NCBI GenBank assembly: GCA_963805975.1 | Contig: CAWDVR010000006.1 | Span: 32,001-96,000, forward strand | Length of the DNA stretch: 64,000 nt | Reading direction: 5' to 3' | DNA from: an uncultured Acidobacteriota bacterium | Lineage (GTDB): Bacteria; Acidobacteriota; Thermoanaerobaculia; Multivoradales; SZUA-115 | Shown: piece by piece, positions 44,662 through 55,190 of the stretch | How positions within the stretch are numbered: the first letter of the stretch is position 1 | Layout of the letters: every line of letters starts with the position of its first letter | The notes under the pieces: generated by a model | What the model was told of the DNA's origin: nothing | Database searches by the model: none | Seen by the model: the letters and a program-made list of their open reading frames with translations, nothing else | Made by a program: the position numbers and the translations under genes

Positions 44662-45831
44662 ATGAGCTGGAGAAGCGCGAAAGGTGCCGCGGCCCTGGGC
44701 GTCGGGCTGGCCTTTTCGCTTCTGGCACCTCCTTCCCGTGCCCACGATCTCCAGCTCACCGAGACGTTGGTGCTGTTGAAGGTCGACGGCACGTACCAGG
44801 TGGACCTGACCTGCGACCTCGACGCCCTGGCCCTGGGCGTCGGTCCCGAGGTCGGGGCGCTCGAAGCCAAGGCGGCGCTCGAGAGCCTGACGCCCGACGA
44901 GCTCCAGACCAAGGTGGCGACGCTCCGGGAGATGCTGGCCCGGCGGGTGCGGCTGCGCTTCGACGGCCTGCCGGCGCAGCCCCGCGTGGAGCTTCCGGAC
45001 GCCACGTCGCCGGGGCACTCGTCAGATTCCACCGGGATCATCGCCCCGTCCCTGCTCGGCCTCACGGCCCGCTTCGTGGGCCGGCTGCCCGCCGACGCCC
45101 AGGAGCTCTCGATCCAGGTGTCGAGTGGATTTCCGCCCGTTCTGCTGACGGTGCTCGACCAGGCGAGCGCCACCGGCCGCCGGCTGCCGCTGCAGAAGGG
45201 CGAGGAGAGCCCGAAGTTCCCGCTCGGCCGGCCGCTTGTGGAGACGGCGACGTCTGGTGGAGCCGCGGGGCGGCTCGACGTGGCGGCACGCTATCTGCTG
45301 CTGGGGTTCCTGCACATCCTGCCCAAGGGGTTGGACCACATCCTCTTCGTGCTCGGGCTCTTCCTCTTGAGCGCGCGCTGGCGTCCTCTACTGTGGCAGG
45401 TGACGGCCTTCACCGCCGCCCACACCATCAGCCTGGCCCTCGCCACCTTCGGCGTGGTCGAGCTGCCGTCGCGGGTCGTGGAGCCGCTAATCGCGCTCTC
45501 GATCGCCTACGTGGCGATCGAGAACACGCTCACCCAGGAGCTCAAACCCTGGCGGCCGTTCGTGGTCTTCGCCTTCGGCCTGCTGCACGGCCTGGGCTTC
45601 GCGGGGGTCCTGGCCGAGCTCGGCCTGCCGCAGGGCGAAGCGGTGGCGGCGCTGCTCTCGTTCAACGTCGGTGTCGAGCTGGGGCAGCTCGCGGTGCTGG
45701 CGGCGGCTTTCGTGCTGCTGGGGGCCTTCCGCGATCGCCCGTGGTATCGCCGCCGGGTGGTGATCCCGCTCTCGCTGGCGATCGCCGCCGTGGGGATCTA
45801 CTGGGCGATCACGCGGGCGATGGGAGGGTAG
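44662..45831 (+). CDS. HupE/UreJ family protein with an N-terminal periplasmic domain
   Basis: Signal peptide AH; HILPKGLDHILF, FT.AHTI, FGLLHGLGFA and FNVGVELGQ motifs. Confidence 0.9.
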   Translation: MSWRSAKGAAALGVGLAFSLLAPPSRAHDLQLTETLVLLKVDGTYQVDLTCDLDALALGVGPEVGALEAKAALESLTPDELQTKVATLREMLARRVRLRFDGLPAQPRVELPDATSPGHSSDSTGIIAPSLLGLTARFVGRLPADAQELSIQVSSGFPPVLLTVLDQASATGRRLPLQKGEESPKFPLGRPLVETATSGGAAGRLDVAARYLLLGFLHILPKGLDHILFVLGLFLLSARWRPLLWQVTAFTAAHTISLALATFGVVELPSRVVEPLIALSIAYVAIENTLTQELKPWRPFVVFAFGLLHGLGFAGVLAELGLPQGEAVAALLSFNVGVELGQLAVLAAAFVLLGAFRDRPWYRRRVVIPLSLAIAAVGIYWAITRAMGG

Positions 45832-46645
45832 CGAGCCTGAGATAGGCGGCGATCTCGGGCCGCTCTAGATACTCGGCCCAATCGAGTGGCGTCGCCTGGT
45901 AGAGGCGGTCCCTCGTGCCGGGCGCGGCCCCGGCCTCGACCAGGACCTCGACCGCCTCGAGAGAGCCCGAGTCCACGGCGTGATGGAGCGCCGTGCCGTG
46001 GGGATGAAACCCGGGCGGGCTGTAGGCGTCGAGGTCGACGCCGAGGTCGAGCAGGTGCCTGAGGCTCCCGGCGTGGCCATAGAGAGCGGCGGCCACGAAT
46101 GCGAGCTGGCGCTCGGCAGGGCTTGCCACCTGGCCGAGGCGCGCGACGTCAGCCATGCGCCCGGTGCAGACCGCGGCCAGCAGGGTCCACGTGGCGCCGC
46201 GCTCGAGGAGCCGCTCGGCCGCGGCGAGCTCGCGATGCGCGAGGGCCGAGACCAGGGCGCCGTCGGGGTCCGCGCCGGCGTCACCCAGCACGTCGATGAG
46301 CTCGCGCTGGACGCCGCACTCCCGCGGGACCCGCCCGGAGCACACCAGCTCGAGGGCGTAGTCGATCGGTTGCCCGCAGCCCTCTGCTCCCTGGCTCGTC
46401 ATCGCCTGCAGGATCGTACGGGTCAGCGGCGCGATGTTCTCCGGCAGCTTGCCGGTGCGGATCGGGTTCTCGGCCACGAACCAGAGCAGGTACGGCCGGC
46501 GGAAGTAGCCCTCGCCGTAGTCGAGGCGGTCGCGGGCCAGCCCTGGATGCGCGGCCAGGAGGCCTTCCAGAGCGCTCGCGTCGCCGGCGTCGAGGGCGGC
46601 CACGGCCGCCCGGAACGACGGGTCGGGGATGTCGGCAGTATCCAT
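45809..46645 (-). CDS. Ankyrin repeat protein
   Basis: TALHHAV..G.LE.V.VLVEAGA and ATPLDWA motifs. Confidence 0.85.
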   Translation of the reverse strand: MDTADIPDPSFRAAVAALDAGDASALEGLLAAHPGLARDRLDYGEGYFRRPYLLWFVAENPIRTGKLPENIAPLTRTILQAMTSQGAEGCGQPIDYALELVCSGRVPRECGVQRELIDVLGDAGADPDGALVSALAHRELAAAERLLERGATWTLLAAVCTGRMADVARLGQVASPAERQLAFVAAALYGHAGSLRHLLDLGVDLDAYSPPGFHPHGTALHHAVDSGSLEAVEVLVEAGAAPGTRDRLYQATPLDWAEYLERPEIAAYLRLATLPSPA

Positions 46646-46708
46646 GGGGAACGGTCCGGCGAGAGGGCCGCCGGCATTCTACGCGCCGTGGCCCTCTCGC
46701 GGATCGTC

Positions 46709-47719
46709 CTACTTCACCACGCGGATCCGATACTTGCCGGTGCCGCCGGCCGTGTTGAAGTGCCGGACCTGCACCTTGTAGGTGCCCGGCACCAGGTCGG
46801 CCGCGATCCGTGGGTTGCGGCCCTCGCCGTTGTCGTCGTCCTGGGCGATCTGGGTGCCGCTGGGCCCCAGGAGCGACATCACCAGGTCGGTCGTGCCGGT
46901 GGTCTCGATGGTGTAGCGCCCGGCGGTCGCGGCGTTGAAGGTGTAGAGATCCTCTTCCGCCGGCTGGCCGATCTCGGCCTCGTGACCTTCGGAGACCGGC
47001 AGCTCGACCGTCGTGCTGGGTCCCTGCGCCTTCGGGTAGACGAGGCCGGCGAACGTCTTGTCGAGACCGGATAGATTCTCGTTGGGGTCGGTGTGGAACC
47101 CGTTCAGGGTCCAGGACGCCGGGAAGCTGTAGAGCATCACGGAGACCGCGTCGAAGTCGCTGCCGTTGATCTGCGAGACCTCGTACTTGTCGTAGAGGTT
47201 GTGCTGGATGGTCGCCGGGTCCCAGTTGTTGGGCGGCCCGGCGAGCGCGGCGTTGACCACCGGCTTGTTCCACTGGATGGGATTGGCGCGCGGGTTCTGG
47301 TGCTCGTGGATCATGCCGAGCATGTGGCCGAACTCGTGCAGGATCACGCCCTCGTCCAGCCAGCCGAAGTTCATCGTCGCCTGGTTGGCGGGGATGCCCA
47401 GCGCGTCCTTGCCGATGTAGGACCAGGCGCCGTCGTCGGCGAAGGTGATGCGGATCTGCGCCGTCGGGCTGTTGTCGAAGACGAACTTCAGGTTGGCGTG
47501 GTCCGTCCACTGCGGCGCGAACTGCTTCACTTGGTCGTGCTGGGCGGAGGTGCCGCCGAGAAAGCGGAACGAGAGAACCGTTCCGTTCGGCCACAGCTTC
47601 GCGATCTCGAACGCGGCGCGGGTGGGGCCCACGCTCAACGCCATCATGCGTCCGGCAAGGGGCCGGTGCAGATCCTGGGGCAGAATCCGGTCGAAGCAGA
47701 CTTTCTCGGTTTGGGGCAT
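46709..47719 (-). CDS. Metzincin (M12A/astacin-like) metalloprotease with a C-terminal PPC domain
   Basis: HEFGHMLGMIHEH, SVMLY Met-turn and DDDNGEG.N.RI PPC-type tail; AAGGAGG RBS. Confidence 0.9.
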   Translation of the reverse strand: MPQTEKVCFDRILPQDLHRPLAGRMMALSVGPTRAAFEIAKLWPNGTVLSFRFLGGTSAQHDQVKQFAPQWTDHANLKFVFDNSPTAQIRITFADDGAWSYIGKDALGIPANQATMNFGWLDEGVILHEFGHMLGMIHEHQNPRANPIQWNKPVVNAALAGPPNNWDPATIQHNLYDKYEVSQINGSDFDAVSVMLYSFPASWTLNGFHTDPNENLSGLDKTFAGLVYPKAQGPSTTVELPVSEGHEAEIGQPAEEDLYTFNAATAGRYTIETTGTTDLVMSLLGPSGTQIAQDDDNGEGRNPRIAADLVPGTYKVQVRHFNTAGGTGKYRIRVVK

Positions 47720-47928
47720 GGGGTCCTCCTTGTAGGGTTGAAGCGGTGGTCGGTGCGGCTCAGCCCATCGTCGTGAGACGGACACGGGAGCGGCGCCTTC
47801 CACCCGTCTGTTGTTCGAGACAGGCCCCTCGTCGCAGCTTTTTGTTACCTTGAATGGCGAAGTGACGAGAAGGTCCGCCGAGGACCGAGGGCGAAGGCGG
47901 CGTAGAATCCGGTTCCGGCCACGAAACC

Positions 47929-48705
47929 ATGAAGACCATCACCTGGAACGTCAACTCGATCCGCCAGCGTCTGGCGCGCACCCTGGCGCTCCTCGAGCGC
48001 CACCAGCCCGACCTTCTCTGCCTGCAGGAGACCAAGGTCACGGACGAGGAGTTTCCCCTGGCCGAGCTGGCGCGGCTGGGATACCGCGCCGAGCTCTTCG
48101 GCCAGCGCGGGTACAACGGCGTGGCGCTCGTCTCCCGCCTGCCGCTCACCGGCGTCACCCGCGGCTTTGCCGGCGACCCCACCGACCAGGCGAGGGTGAT
48201 CTCGGGGGAGCTGGCGGGCCTCCGGGTCACCAACCTCTACGTGGTCAACGGCGAGTCCCTGGCGAGCCCCAAGTACGAGATCAAGCTCGCCTGGCTCGCG
48301 GCGCTCGGCGAGTGGCTGCGACGCGAGCACGACCCGGCGCGGCCCCACCTCCTGGTCGGCGACTTCAACATCGCTCCCGAGGACCGGGACATCCATGACC
48401 CCGAGCTCTGGCGGGGGAGGGTGCTGGCGAGTGAGCCCGAGCGCGACCGCCTGCGGGCGATCCTCGGCTGGGGGGTGTCGGACCTGCTGCGGGCCAAGAC
48501 CCAGGAGGGCGGCATCCACACCTGGTGGGACTACCGCATGGGTGCCTTCCACCGCGGCTGGGGCCTGCGCATCGACCTCGCCCTCGGCACCCCGGCCGTG
48601 GCCGGGCGGCTGATCTCGGTGACCGTGGACCGCGAGGAGCGCAAGCCCACCTCCGGCGAGGGCAAGCCCAGCGACCACGCCCCGGTGGTGGTGGAGCTGG
48701 GTTGA
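47929..48705 (+). CDS. xth: Exodeoxyribonuclease III
   Basis: TWNVNSIR, LQETK, GDFNIAP, TWWDYR and SDHAPV motifs. Confidence 0.96.
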   Translation: MKTITWNVNSIRQRLARTLALLERHQPDLLCLQETKVTDEEFPLAELARLGYRAELFGQRGYNGVALVSRLPLTGVTRGFAGDPTDQARVISGELAGLRVTNLYVVNGESLASPKYEIKLAWLAALGEWLRREHDPARPHLLVGDFNIAPEDRDIHDPELWRGRVLASEPERDRLRAILGWGVSDLLRAKTQEGGIHTWWDYRMGAFHRGWGLRIDLALGTPAVAGRLISVTVDREERKPTSGEGKPSDHAPVVVELG

Positions 48706-48764
48706 GAGCGAGGGCCTGACCGGAAAGCGGCTCGCGGGGTCCGTCCAAGGGACGAGGAGCGCAC

Positions 48765-50328
48765 ATGAGCTTCGACCCCACTCGCTACTACCAGCTGACC
48801 CACAAGACACTGGGCCCGAACCAGGCCCTGGACGTGAACCCAGACGGCAGCGGCCGGCTGATGATGGCCAGCACGGGGTCGGCCAGCGGGCAGAGCTGGC
48901 AGCTGGCCGACCTGCCGGGTAGCAGAGCACGCACTACGGACCCAGTATCTGGGCGACGGCCTGTCGCTCGATGCCTGCAAGACCGACTCCGGCCCCACGC
49001 CGTGCATGGCTCCGACCGTGGACGGCCTTGGGCAGGCCTGGACGCTCCAGCCGCTCGCTGACGGAACCTTCAGGCTGATCCATGATCTTGCTGGCCAGGA
49101 CCTCTCGCTCGACACCACCGGCAATACGCCGGCACTGGTCTTCGCTCCCGGAGGTCCCACGGGACAGGGCTGGACACTGACCGCGACAGGGAAGGTGGAG
49201 AGCACGGTCGCCATCCCGGGTTTTGCCGTCGGCGTGCAGCCGAGCGAAGGAGCGACGGATTTCACGCTCTATGCCGATTCCCGACCGAAACGCACCGTCC
49301 GGGCAGTGATGGTCTTCGTCGACTTCAAGGACGCTCAAGCTCCCGGGGGGACGGCCACCGCGGCGGCCCTGGCTGGCGACCTGCTCGGCAACGGGTTGGC
49401 CCAGAAGCTCTTTCACGAGCAGTCCTACGGCGGATTGACCCTGGACGTGACCGTGAGGTCAGACCTGGGCTGGCAGCGGATGCCCGGCGCCAGCAGCGAC
49501 CTCGATACGCACGAGACCGGTCCTCACAGGACCTACATCGAACGGGCGGCGGCGCTGTTCACGAAGTTCGACAACACCCAGGACGAGGTCACGTTCTCGG
49601 CCTACCATCTCGTCTTCATCGTCGCGCCCGAGCAGGCCGCCCTGGGTGGCGCTTCGGCCTTCGCTGCGCCTCTGGGATCTGGTGCCTCCTCGTCGAGCGG
49701 CGAGATCCGGCTGGCGGTCACCTTCAAGGGTAAGTCCTCACGGGAGAGCTTCACCACCGTGGTCCATGAAGCCGGCCATCTGTTCGGACTTCCGGACCAC
49801 TACCCTGCGAAGGGCAACGCCGACAACTCGCTCGCCGGCTGCTGGTCGATCATGTCCGACATTTTCCACGCCACAGGATTCCTGGGCTGGCACCGGCACA
49901 AGAACGGCTGGCTCGAGCCGTCGAGGAAGACCTACCTGACTCCTGCCGCAGGTCCATGGTGGGGGACGCTTCATCCTCTCTCCTCAGCCCAAGGCCTGTC
50001 GATGGTAGTGATCCCTGTCGACGACCCGGTCAACCCCTCCCAAGTCCTGGTGATCGAGCTGGCGCAGCGGGTTCGTGGCAAGGATGGCGGGGAGTCTCAC
50101 GGCAGAGGCGTCCTGCTCTACAGCGTCGACACGACTCTCGGCCCCGACCGGTCGCCGGTGGCGGTTCTGCCGAAGCACCGGAGCTTCAGCGACAACTTCG
50201 GCAACCTGTTCGAGGCGCCCTACCTGGTGGACGACAAGGCGCTGGCCAGCACTCAAAGCGAGGACGTGATCCTCGAGGTGATCCAGCGATTTGGGGAGTC
50301 TTACTACGTGACGATTCGGTTTCTCTGA
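48765..50328 (+). CDS. Ricin-B lectin + M6-like metalloprotease (frameshift near 48920)
   Basis: Three GQxW repeats spread over two frames; HEAGHLFGLPDHY and WSIMS motifs. Confidence 0.8.
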
Positions 50329-50404
50329 CCAGGGCGGGCTCCCTCCAGGCGGCTCGAGCGGCTGTCCATGAAGATGAGGCGGTCCAGAAGATAGAGTCCG
50401 GGTC

Positions 50405-51820
50405 ATGTCCGGCGCTCGCCAACCAGGCTCACCGGAGCCGCTCTCCGCCGTCGACCGCGCCTGGCTGCGGATGGACGACCCCGCCAACCTGATGATGATC
50501 AGCGGCGTGCTGGTCTTCGACGGCCCGCTCGACGTCGAGCTGCTGAAGCGGGTGCTCGTGCGCCGCCTGCTGCCGGTCAAGCGCTTCGGGGAACGGGTGG
50601 TGGGGCTTGCCGCGGGGGACCCGGCCTGGCAGCGGGTGGAGGTCGATCTCGAGGCCCACGTCGAGCGCCTGGCACTGCCCGATCCCGGCGGCGACCGCGA
50701 GCTCGAGGCGACGGTCTCCGGCCTCATGAGCCGGCCGCTCGACCCCGAGCGCCCGCTGTGGTGCTTCCACGTGATCGACAACTACCGGGGCGGCTCGGCC
50801 CTGGTGGGCCGCATCCACCACGCGATCGGCGACGGTATCGCGCTGGTGCTGGTGCTGTTGTCGCTCGCCGACCGCTCGCCGGAGCTCGCCACGGCGGCGG
50901 TCGAGAACGAGCACGGGGCCTCGCTCAACCCTTTCACCGCGCTCTTCACCCACAGCGACCATGATCCCGCCGAGGTGCGGGCGGCAGCCGAGGATCTGAT
51001 GCCGGAAGGCATGAGGCTCCTGCTCAAGCCGGCCGAGGCCCTGGCGAAGACCAGCGCCTGGGCCCGGGGCCTGGGCTCCGCCGAGGCCCTGTCCCGCCTC
51101 ACGGCCCGCTGGCCGGACCCCAAGACCGCGTTCAAGGGCCCGCTCGGCGTTGCCAAGCGGGCTGCCTGGTCCCCCGCGATCCCTCTCGACGAAGTGCGCG
51201 AGGCCGCGGCACGACTGGGCGCCACGGTGAACGACGTGCTGCTCACCGCCGCCGCCGGAGGGCTCCATCGCTACCTGGCACGGCGCGGCGCCGTGGCGCG
51301 GAGCTTGAGCTTCCGCGCCGCGGTGCCGGTGAACCTGCGCTCGCTCGAAAAGATGGCCGATCTCGGCAACCAGTTCGGGCTGGTGTTCCTGTCGCTGCCG
51401 GTAGGGATCGCGGATCCGTGGGCGCGGCTCACCGAGCTCAAGCGCCGCATGCAGGCCCTCAAGCGATCGGCCGAGCCGCTGGTGACCTTTCGCGTCCTCG
51501 AGGCCCTGGGCAGGGTGCCGCTCGCCGTACAACAAGCCGTGGTCAAGATCCTCGCCACCAAGGCCACGGCGGTCGCCACCAGCGTGCCGGGGCCGCGCCA
51601 TCGCCTCTACCTGGCCGGCCGCGCGATCCAGGACATCTTCTTCTGGGTGCCCCAGGCCGGCCGCGTCGGCCTGGGGATCAGCATCCTCTCCTACGCCGGC
51701 CGGGTGCGGCTCGGAGTGGGCACGGACGCCGGCCTGGTGCCCGACCCCGAGACGATCGTGGACGGCTTCATGGCCGAGCTGGATGCACTGCGAGAGTGCC
51801 GCCCGGGCGCGGCGGCCTGA
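50405..51820 (+). CDS. Wax ester synthase/diacylglycerol acyltransferase
   Basis: LS.VD.AWL.M, RPLW, HHAIGDG, TVNDV and PVNLR motifs. Confidence 0.95.
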   Translation: MSGARQPGSPEPLSAVDRAWLRMDDPANLMMISGVLVFDGPLDVELLKRVLVRRLLPVKRFGERVVGLAAGDPAWQRVEVDLEAHVERLALPDPGGDRELEATVSGLMSRPLDPERPLWCFHVIDNYRGGSALVGRIHHAIGDGIALVLVLLSLADRSPELATAAVENEHGASLNPFTALFTHSDHDPAEVRAAAEDLMPEGMRLLLKPAEALAKTSAWARGLGSAEALSRLTARWPDPKTAFKGPLGVAKRAAWSPAIPLDEVREAAARLGATVNDVLLTAAAGGLHRYLARRGAVARSLSFRAAVPVNLRSLEKMADLGNQFGLVFLSLPVGIADPWARLTELKRRMQALKRSAEPLVTFRVLEALGRVPLAVQQAVVKILATKATAVATSVPGPRHRLYLAGRAIQDIFFWVPQAGRVGLGISILSYAGRVRLGVGTDAGLVPDPETIVDGFMAELDALRECRPGAAA

Positions 51821-51881
51821 CTCGAGAGGCTCGGGCTCGGCTGCTAGACTGCCGGCTCCCAACATAGACAGGAGAATCGAC

Positions 51882-52409
51882 ATGAAGAGAACACTATTTT
51901 TGCTTGGCCTGCTGACGCTGTTCTGCCTGACCCCGGCGGCTGCGCACGAAGAGAGCACGGAAGTGGCCGGCTTCAAGGCATCTCTGATCGAGAGCCTGAA
52001 CGACGCCGAAACCAAGGTCCTGGCGCTGGCGGAGGCCACGCCCCAGGACAAGTACGGCTGGAAGCCGGGTGAAGGCGTGAGGAGCACCAGCCAGGTCTAC
52101 ATGCACGTGGCGGGCGGGAACTACTACCTGTCCGGCCTGGCCGGCGGCCCGAAGCCCGAGAGCGTGCCGGCGGAGCTCGAGAAGATCGCCGACAAGGCGC
52201 AGGTGGCGGCCACGGTGAAGGCCTCCTTCGCCCATGCCCGCAAGACGATCGACCAGGCGACCGATCTGGACGCGAAGGTCAAGGCGCCGTGGGGCGAGAT
52301 GAGCCGCCGCTCGATCCTGCTGGTGCTCGCCACCCACGCCCACGAGCACCTGGGCCAGGCCATCGCCTACGCGCGGTCGTCGGGTATCGTGCCGCCGTGG
52401 AGTGAGTAG
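51882..52409 (+). CDS. Secreted DinB family protein
   Basis: Signal peptide, W.PGEGVRS...MH and H..EHLGQ motifs. Confidence 0.88.
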   Translation: MKRTLFLLGLLTLFCLTPAAAHEESTEVAGFKASLIESLNDAETKVLALAEATPQDKYGWKPGEGVRSTSQVYMHVAGGNYYLSGLAGGPKPESVPAELEKIADKAQVAATVKASFAHARKTIDQATDLDAKVKAPWGEMSRRSILLVLATHAHEHLGQAIAYARSSGIVPPWSE

Positions 52410-52433
52410 GAGAGCTGAGCTTTCCGCCGAGCG

Positions 52434-52608
52434 CCCCTCACCCCAGCCCTCTCCCCGCTCGCGCGGGGCGAGGGGGCCGGACTTGATTCGGGAGCGCTTC
52501 CAGTTAGCACAGCCCAGCGGGGCTCGACCGGCCCCCTGAAACACCCGGAGGGCACACCCTTCTGACTCCCTCGCCCCGCGTGAGCGGGGAGAGGGCTGGG
52601 GTGAGGGG
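52434..52608. repeat. Second inverted pair of REP-like palindromes
   Basis: CCCCTCACCCCAGCCCTCTCCCCGCT..CGCGGGGCGAGGG and its reverse complement about 90 bp apart, between convergent genes. Confidence 0.88.
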
Positions 52609-52610
52609 CG

Positions 52611-54059
52611 TCAGTACGCGTTCTGCCGCAGGTCCGACAAGAACGTCACCACGGTCATCCACAGGATCTTGAGGTCGAGGCCCAGCGACCAGTTCTCGAT
52701 GTAGTAGAGGTCGTACTGGAGCCGCTTCTTGATCGAGGTGTTGCCGCGCCAGCCGTGGACCTGCGCCCAGCCGGTGATGCCGGCCTTGACGCGGTGGCGG
52801 AGCATGTACTGCGGGATCTTGTGCTTGAACTCGCGCACGAAGGCCGGCCGCTCGGGGCGCGGGCCGATGATCGACATGTCGCCCTTGAGCACGTTCCAGA
52901 CCTGCGGCAGCTCGTCGAACGACCAGTGGCGCAGGAACGTGCCGATCCGGGTGCGGCGGGGGTCGTCGCGCACCGCCCACACCGGCCCGCTGGTCGACTC
53001 GGCGTCGGAGCGCATGGAGCGCAGCTTCCAGATCATGAAGGGCTTGCCGTCGAGGCCCATGCGCTCCTGACGGTAGAAGATCGGCCCGCGGTCCTCGATC
53101 CAGATGGCGAGGGCGAGGAAAGGGAACACGGGCAGCATGATGGCCAGGGCGATGACGGAGAGCACGATGTCCATCGCCCGCTTGACCAGCGTGCTCCAGC
53201 CCTGGAGCGGCACCTGCGAGAGGTTGATCATCGGCGTGCCGTCGAGGTCCTCGAGCGTCGCCTTCAGGGTGGCGTACTGGAGGATGTCCGGCACCAGCTT
53301 GATCTCGACGCACTCGCGCCCCATCTGGCGCAAGAGGCGCATCATCTTGCGGTGCGCGTCGAGCGGCAGGGCGATCACCACCTGGTCCACGTCGTGGGCC
53401 GCGAGCACCTCGTCCACCTGCCGCAGGCTGGCGAGGACCGGCGCTCCCTCGAAGCTCTTGCCGGCCTTGCCGGGGTCGTCGTCGAGGTAGCCCACCACCC
53501 GGTAGCCGAGCTCCTTGTGGAGCTGGATCTTCCCCGCCACCTCGCGGCCCAGGGCGCCGGCGCCCACGATCAGGATGCGCTCGAGGCCGATGCCCTGGCG
53601 CCGCCGGTGGCGTAGCAGGCCGCGGATCACGGCCCGGGCCAGGATCACCGACAGCAGGGTGAGCAGGGCGAAGAAGGCGAGGAAGACGCGGCTGTAGGTG
53701 AAGTACTCGGTGGTGCCGTCCGGCCGCAGGGCGCCCGCCAGGCGCACCCAGTAGGTGAGCCCGGAGAGCAGCACGGTGGCGAGCACCACCGCCATCAGGA
53801 TGTTGAGCGCCTCGTCGACGCGGCTCTTCCCTCGGCCGGCCTGGTAGAGCCCGTGGAAGTAGAAGACCACCGGCCACAGCAGCAGCACGATGGGGATGAG
53901 CTGGAGGTAGCGGTCGATCTCGGACGGCGGGTTCTTGGTCAGCGGGATGAGCTGCAGCTCGAAGCGCAGGAACCAGGCCGCCACGTACGCGCCCAGGATC
54001 GCCAGCAGGTCCCCGGCGAAGTAGATGCCGGCGCTCCAGCGGTGGCGTTGTTGCAACAT
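52611..54059 (-). CDS. Undecaprenyl-phosphate glucose phosphotransferase (WcaJ family)
   Basis: KR..D, DELPQ.WNVL.GDMS.IGPRPERP, GITGWAQV and DLYYIENWS motifs. Confidence 0.95.
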   Translation of the reverse strand: MLQQRHRWSAGIYFAGDLLAILGAYVAAWFLRFELQLIPLTKNPPSEIDRYLQLIPIVLLLWPVVFYFHGLYQAGRGKSRVDEALNILMAVVLATVLLSGLTYWVRLAGALRPDGTTEYFTYSRVFLAFFALLTLLSVILARAVIRGLLRHRRRQGIGLERILIVGAGALGREVAGKIQLHKELGYRVVGYLDDDPGKAGKSFEGAPVLASLRQVDEVLAAHDVDQVVIALPLDAHRKMMRLLRQMGRECVEIKLVPDILQYATLKATLEDLDGTPMINLSQVPLQGWSTLVKRAMDIVLSVIALAIMLPVFPFLALAIWIEDRGPIFYRQERMGLDGKPFMIWKLRSMRSDAESTSGPVWAVRDDPRRTRIGTFLRHWSFDELPQVWNVLKGDMSIIGPRPERPAFVREFKHKIPQYMLRHRVKAGITGWAQVHGWRGNTSIKKRLQYDLYYIENWSLGLDLKILWMTVVTFLSDLRQNAY

Positions 54060-54072
54060 GGACGGTTTGACC

Positions 54073-55176
54073 TCAGGCGGTCTCGCGTGCCTCGAGCACG
54101 GACCGGAAGCGAGCGAGGAAGCTCATGGTCGAGAAGGACTCGGCTCTCGTACGGAGATCCTCGGTATTGAAGCGAATCTGGCGCCGCCTGTCAATCGCCG
54201 CCGCCAGCGCCCCGGCGCTCGGCTCGGCGTAGAGCACGCCGTGGCGGCCGTCCTCGACCACGTCGAGCACCCCCCCCCGGCCCAGGGCGACGACCGGAGT
54301 GCCGCAGGCCAGCGCCTCGACGGGGGCGATCCCGAAGTCCTCGACCCCGGGTTGCAGGACACACAGGGCGCTGCGGTAGAGATCGCGCAATTTTTGTCGA
54401 TCGACGCGGCCGAGGAGGCGGGCGTCACCGCCTTCGAACCGCCGAAGTTTAGCCGATTGCGGACCGGTCCCGACCACGTAGAGGGCCAGGCCGAGCTGGC
54501 GGCAGGCCTCGAAGGCGAGCTCCAGGCGCTTGTACGGCGCGAGGGCCGCCACCGCCAGGCAGTAGGGCTTCGACCCGCCCGGATCCTGGGTCTCGCCGGG
54601 TGCCGGCGTGAAGAACTCCGTATCCACGGGCGGCGCCAGCACTTCCGCGTGCCGCCGGTAGTAGCTCCGGATGCGCTCGGCCACGAAGCGCGAGTTGGCG
54701 AGGAAGCGATCGACCCGCGCCGCGGAGGCCACGTCCCAGGCCCGCAGGCGGGTGAGCGCCAGGCCCCGGAGCCGGGCCACCAGCCCACGCCGGCGGGGGA
54801 AGTAGGCGTGCTCCTGGTCCCAGGCGTAGCGCATCGGGCTGTGGCAGTAGCAGAGGTGGAAGGCGCCGGGGGCCGGGATGACGCCCTTGGCCACACAGTG
54901 GCTCGAGCTCACCACGGTGTCGAAGCCGGCGAGGTCGAAGTCCTCGATCGCCGACGGGAAGAGCGGGAGGTAGCGGGGGTAGTGCTTTTTCACTCCCGGC
55001 GCGTGCTGTACGAAGCTGGTGCGGATGGGGTGGGCCTCGAGCGCCGGGCTCACGCTTCCGGGCACGTGGAGCAGGGTGTAGATCGGCGCCTCCGGGACCA
55101 GGCCGGCGATGGCCTCGAGGACCATCTCGCCGCCCCGCATGCCGGTCAGCCAGTCGTGGATGAGCGCCGTTGCCAT
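54073..55176 (-). CDS. Glycosyltransferase family 4
   Basis: HDWL...RGGE and EDFGIAPVEA motifs. Confidence 0.93.
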   Translation of the reverse strand: MATALIHDWLTGMRGGEMVLEAIAGLVPEAPIYTLLHVPGSVSPALEAHPIRTSFVQHAPGVKKHYPRYLPLFPSAIEDFDLAGFDTVVSSSHCVAKGVIPAPGAFHLCYCHSPMRYAWDQEHAYFPRRRGLVARLRGLALTRLRAWDVASAARVDRFLANSRFVAERIRSYYRRHAEVLAPPVDTEFFTPAPGETQDPGGSKPYCLAVAALAPYKRLELAFEACRQLGLALYVVGTGPQSAKLRRFEGGDARLLGRVDRQKLRDLYRSALCVLQPGVEDFGIAPVEALACGTPVVALGRGGVLDVVEDGRHGVLYAEPSAGALAAAIDRRRQIRFNTEDLRTRAESFSTMSFLARFRSVLEARETA

Positions 55177-55190
55177 GACCGCGGTCCGTC

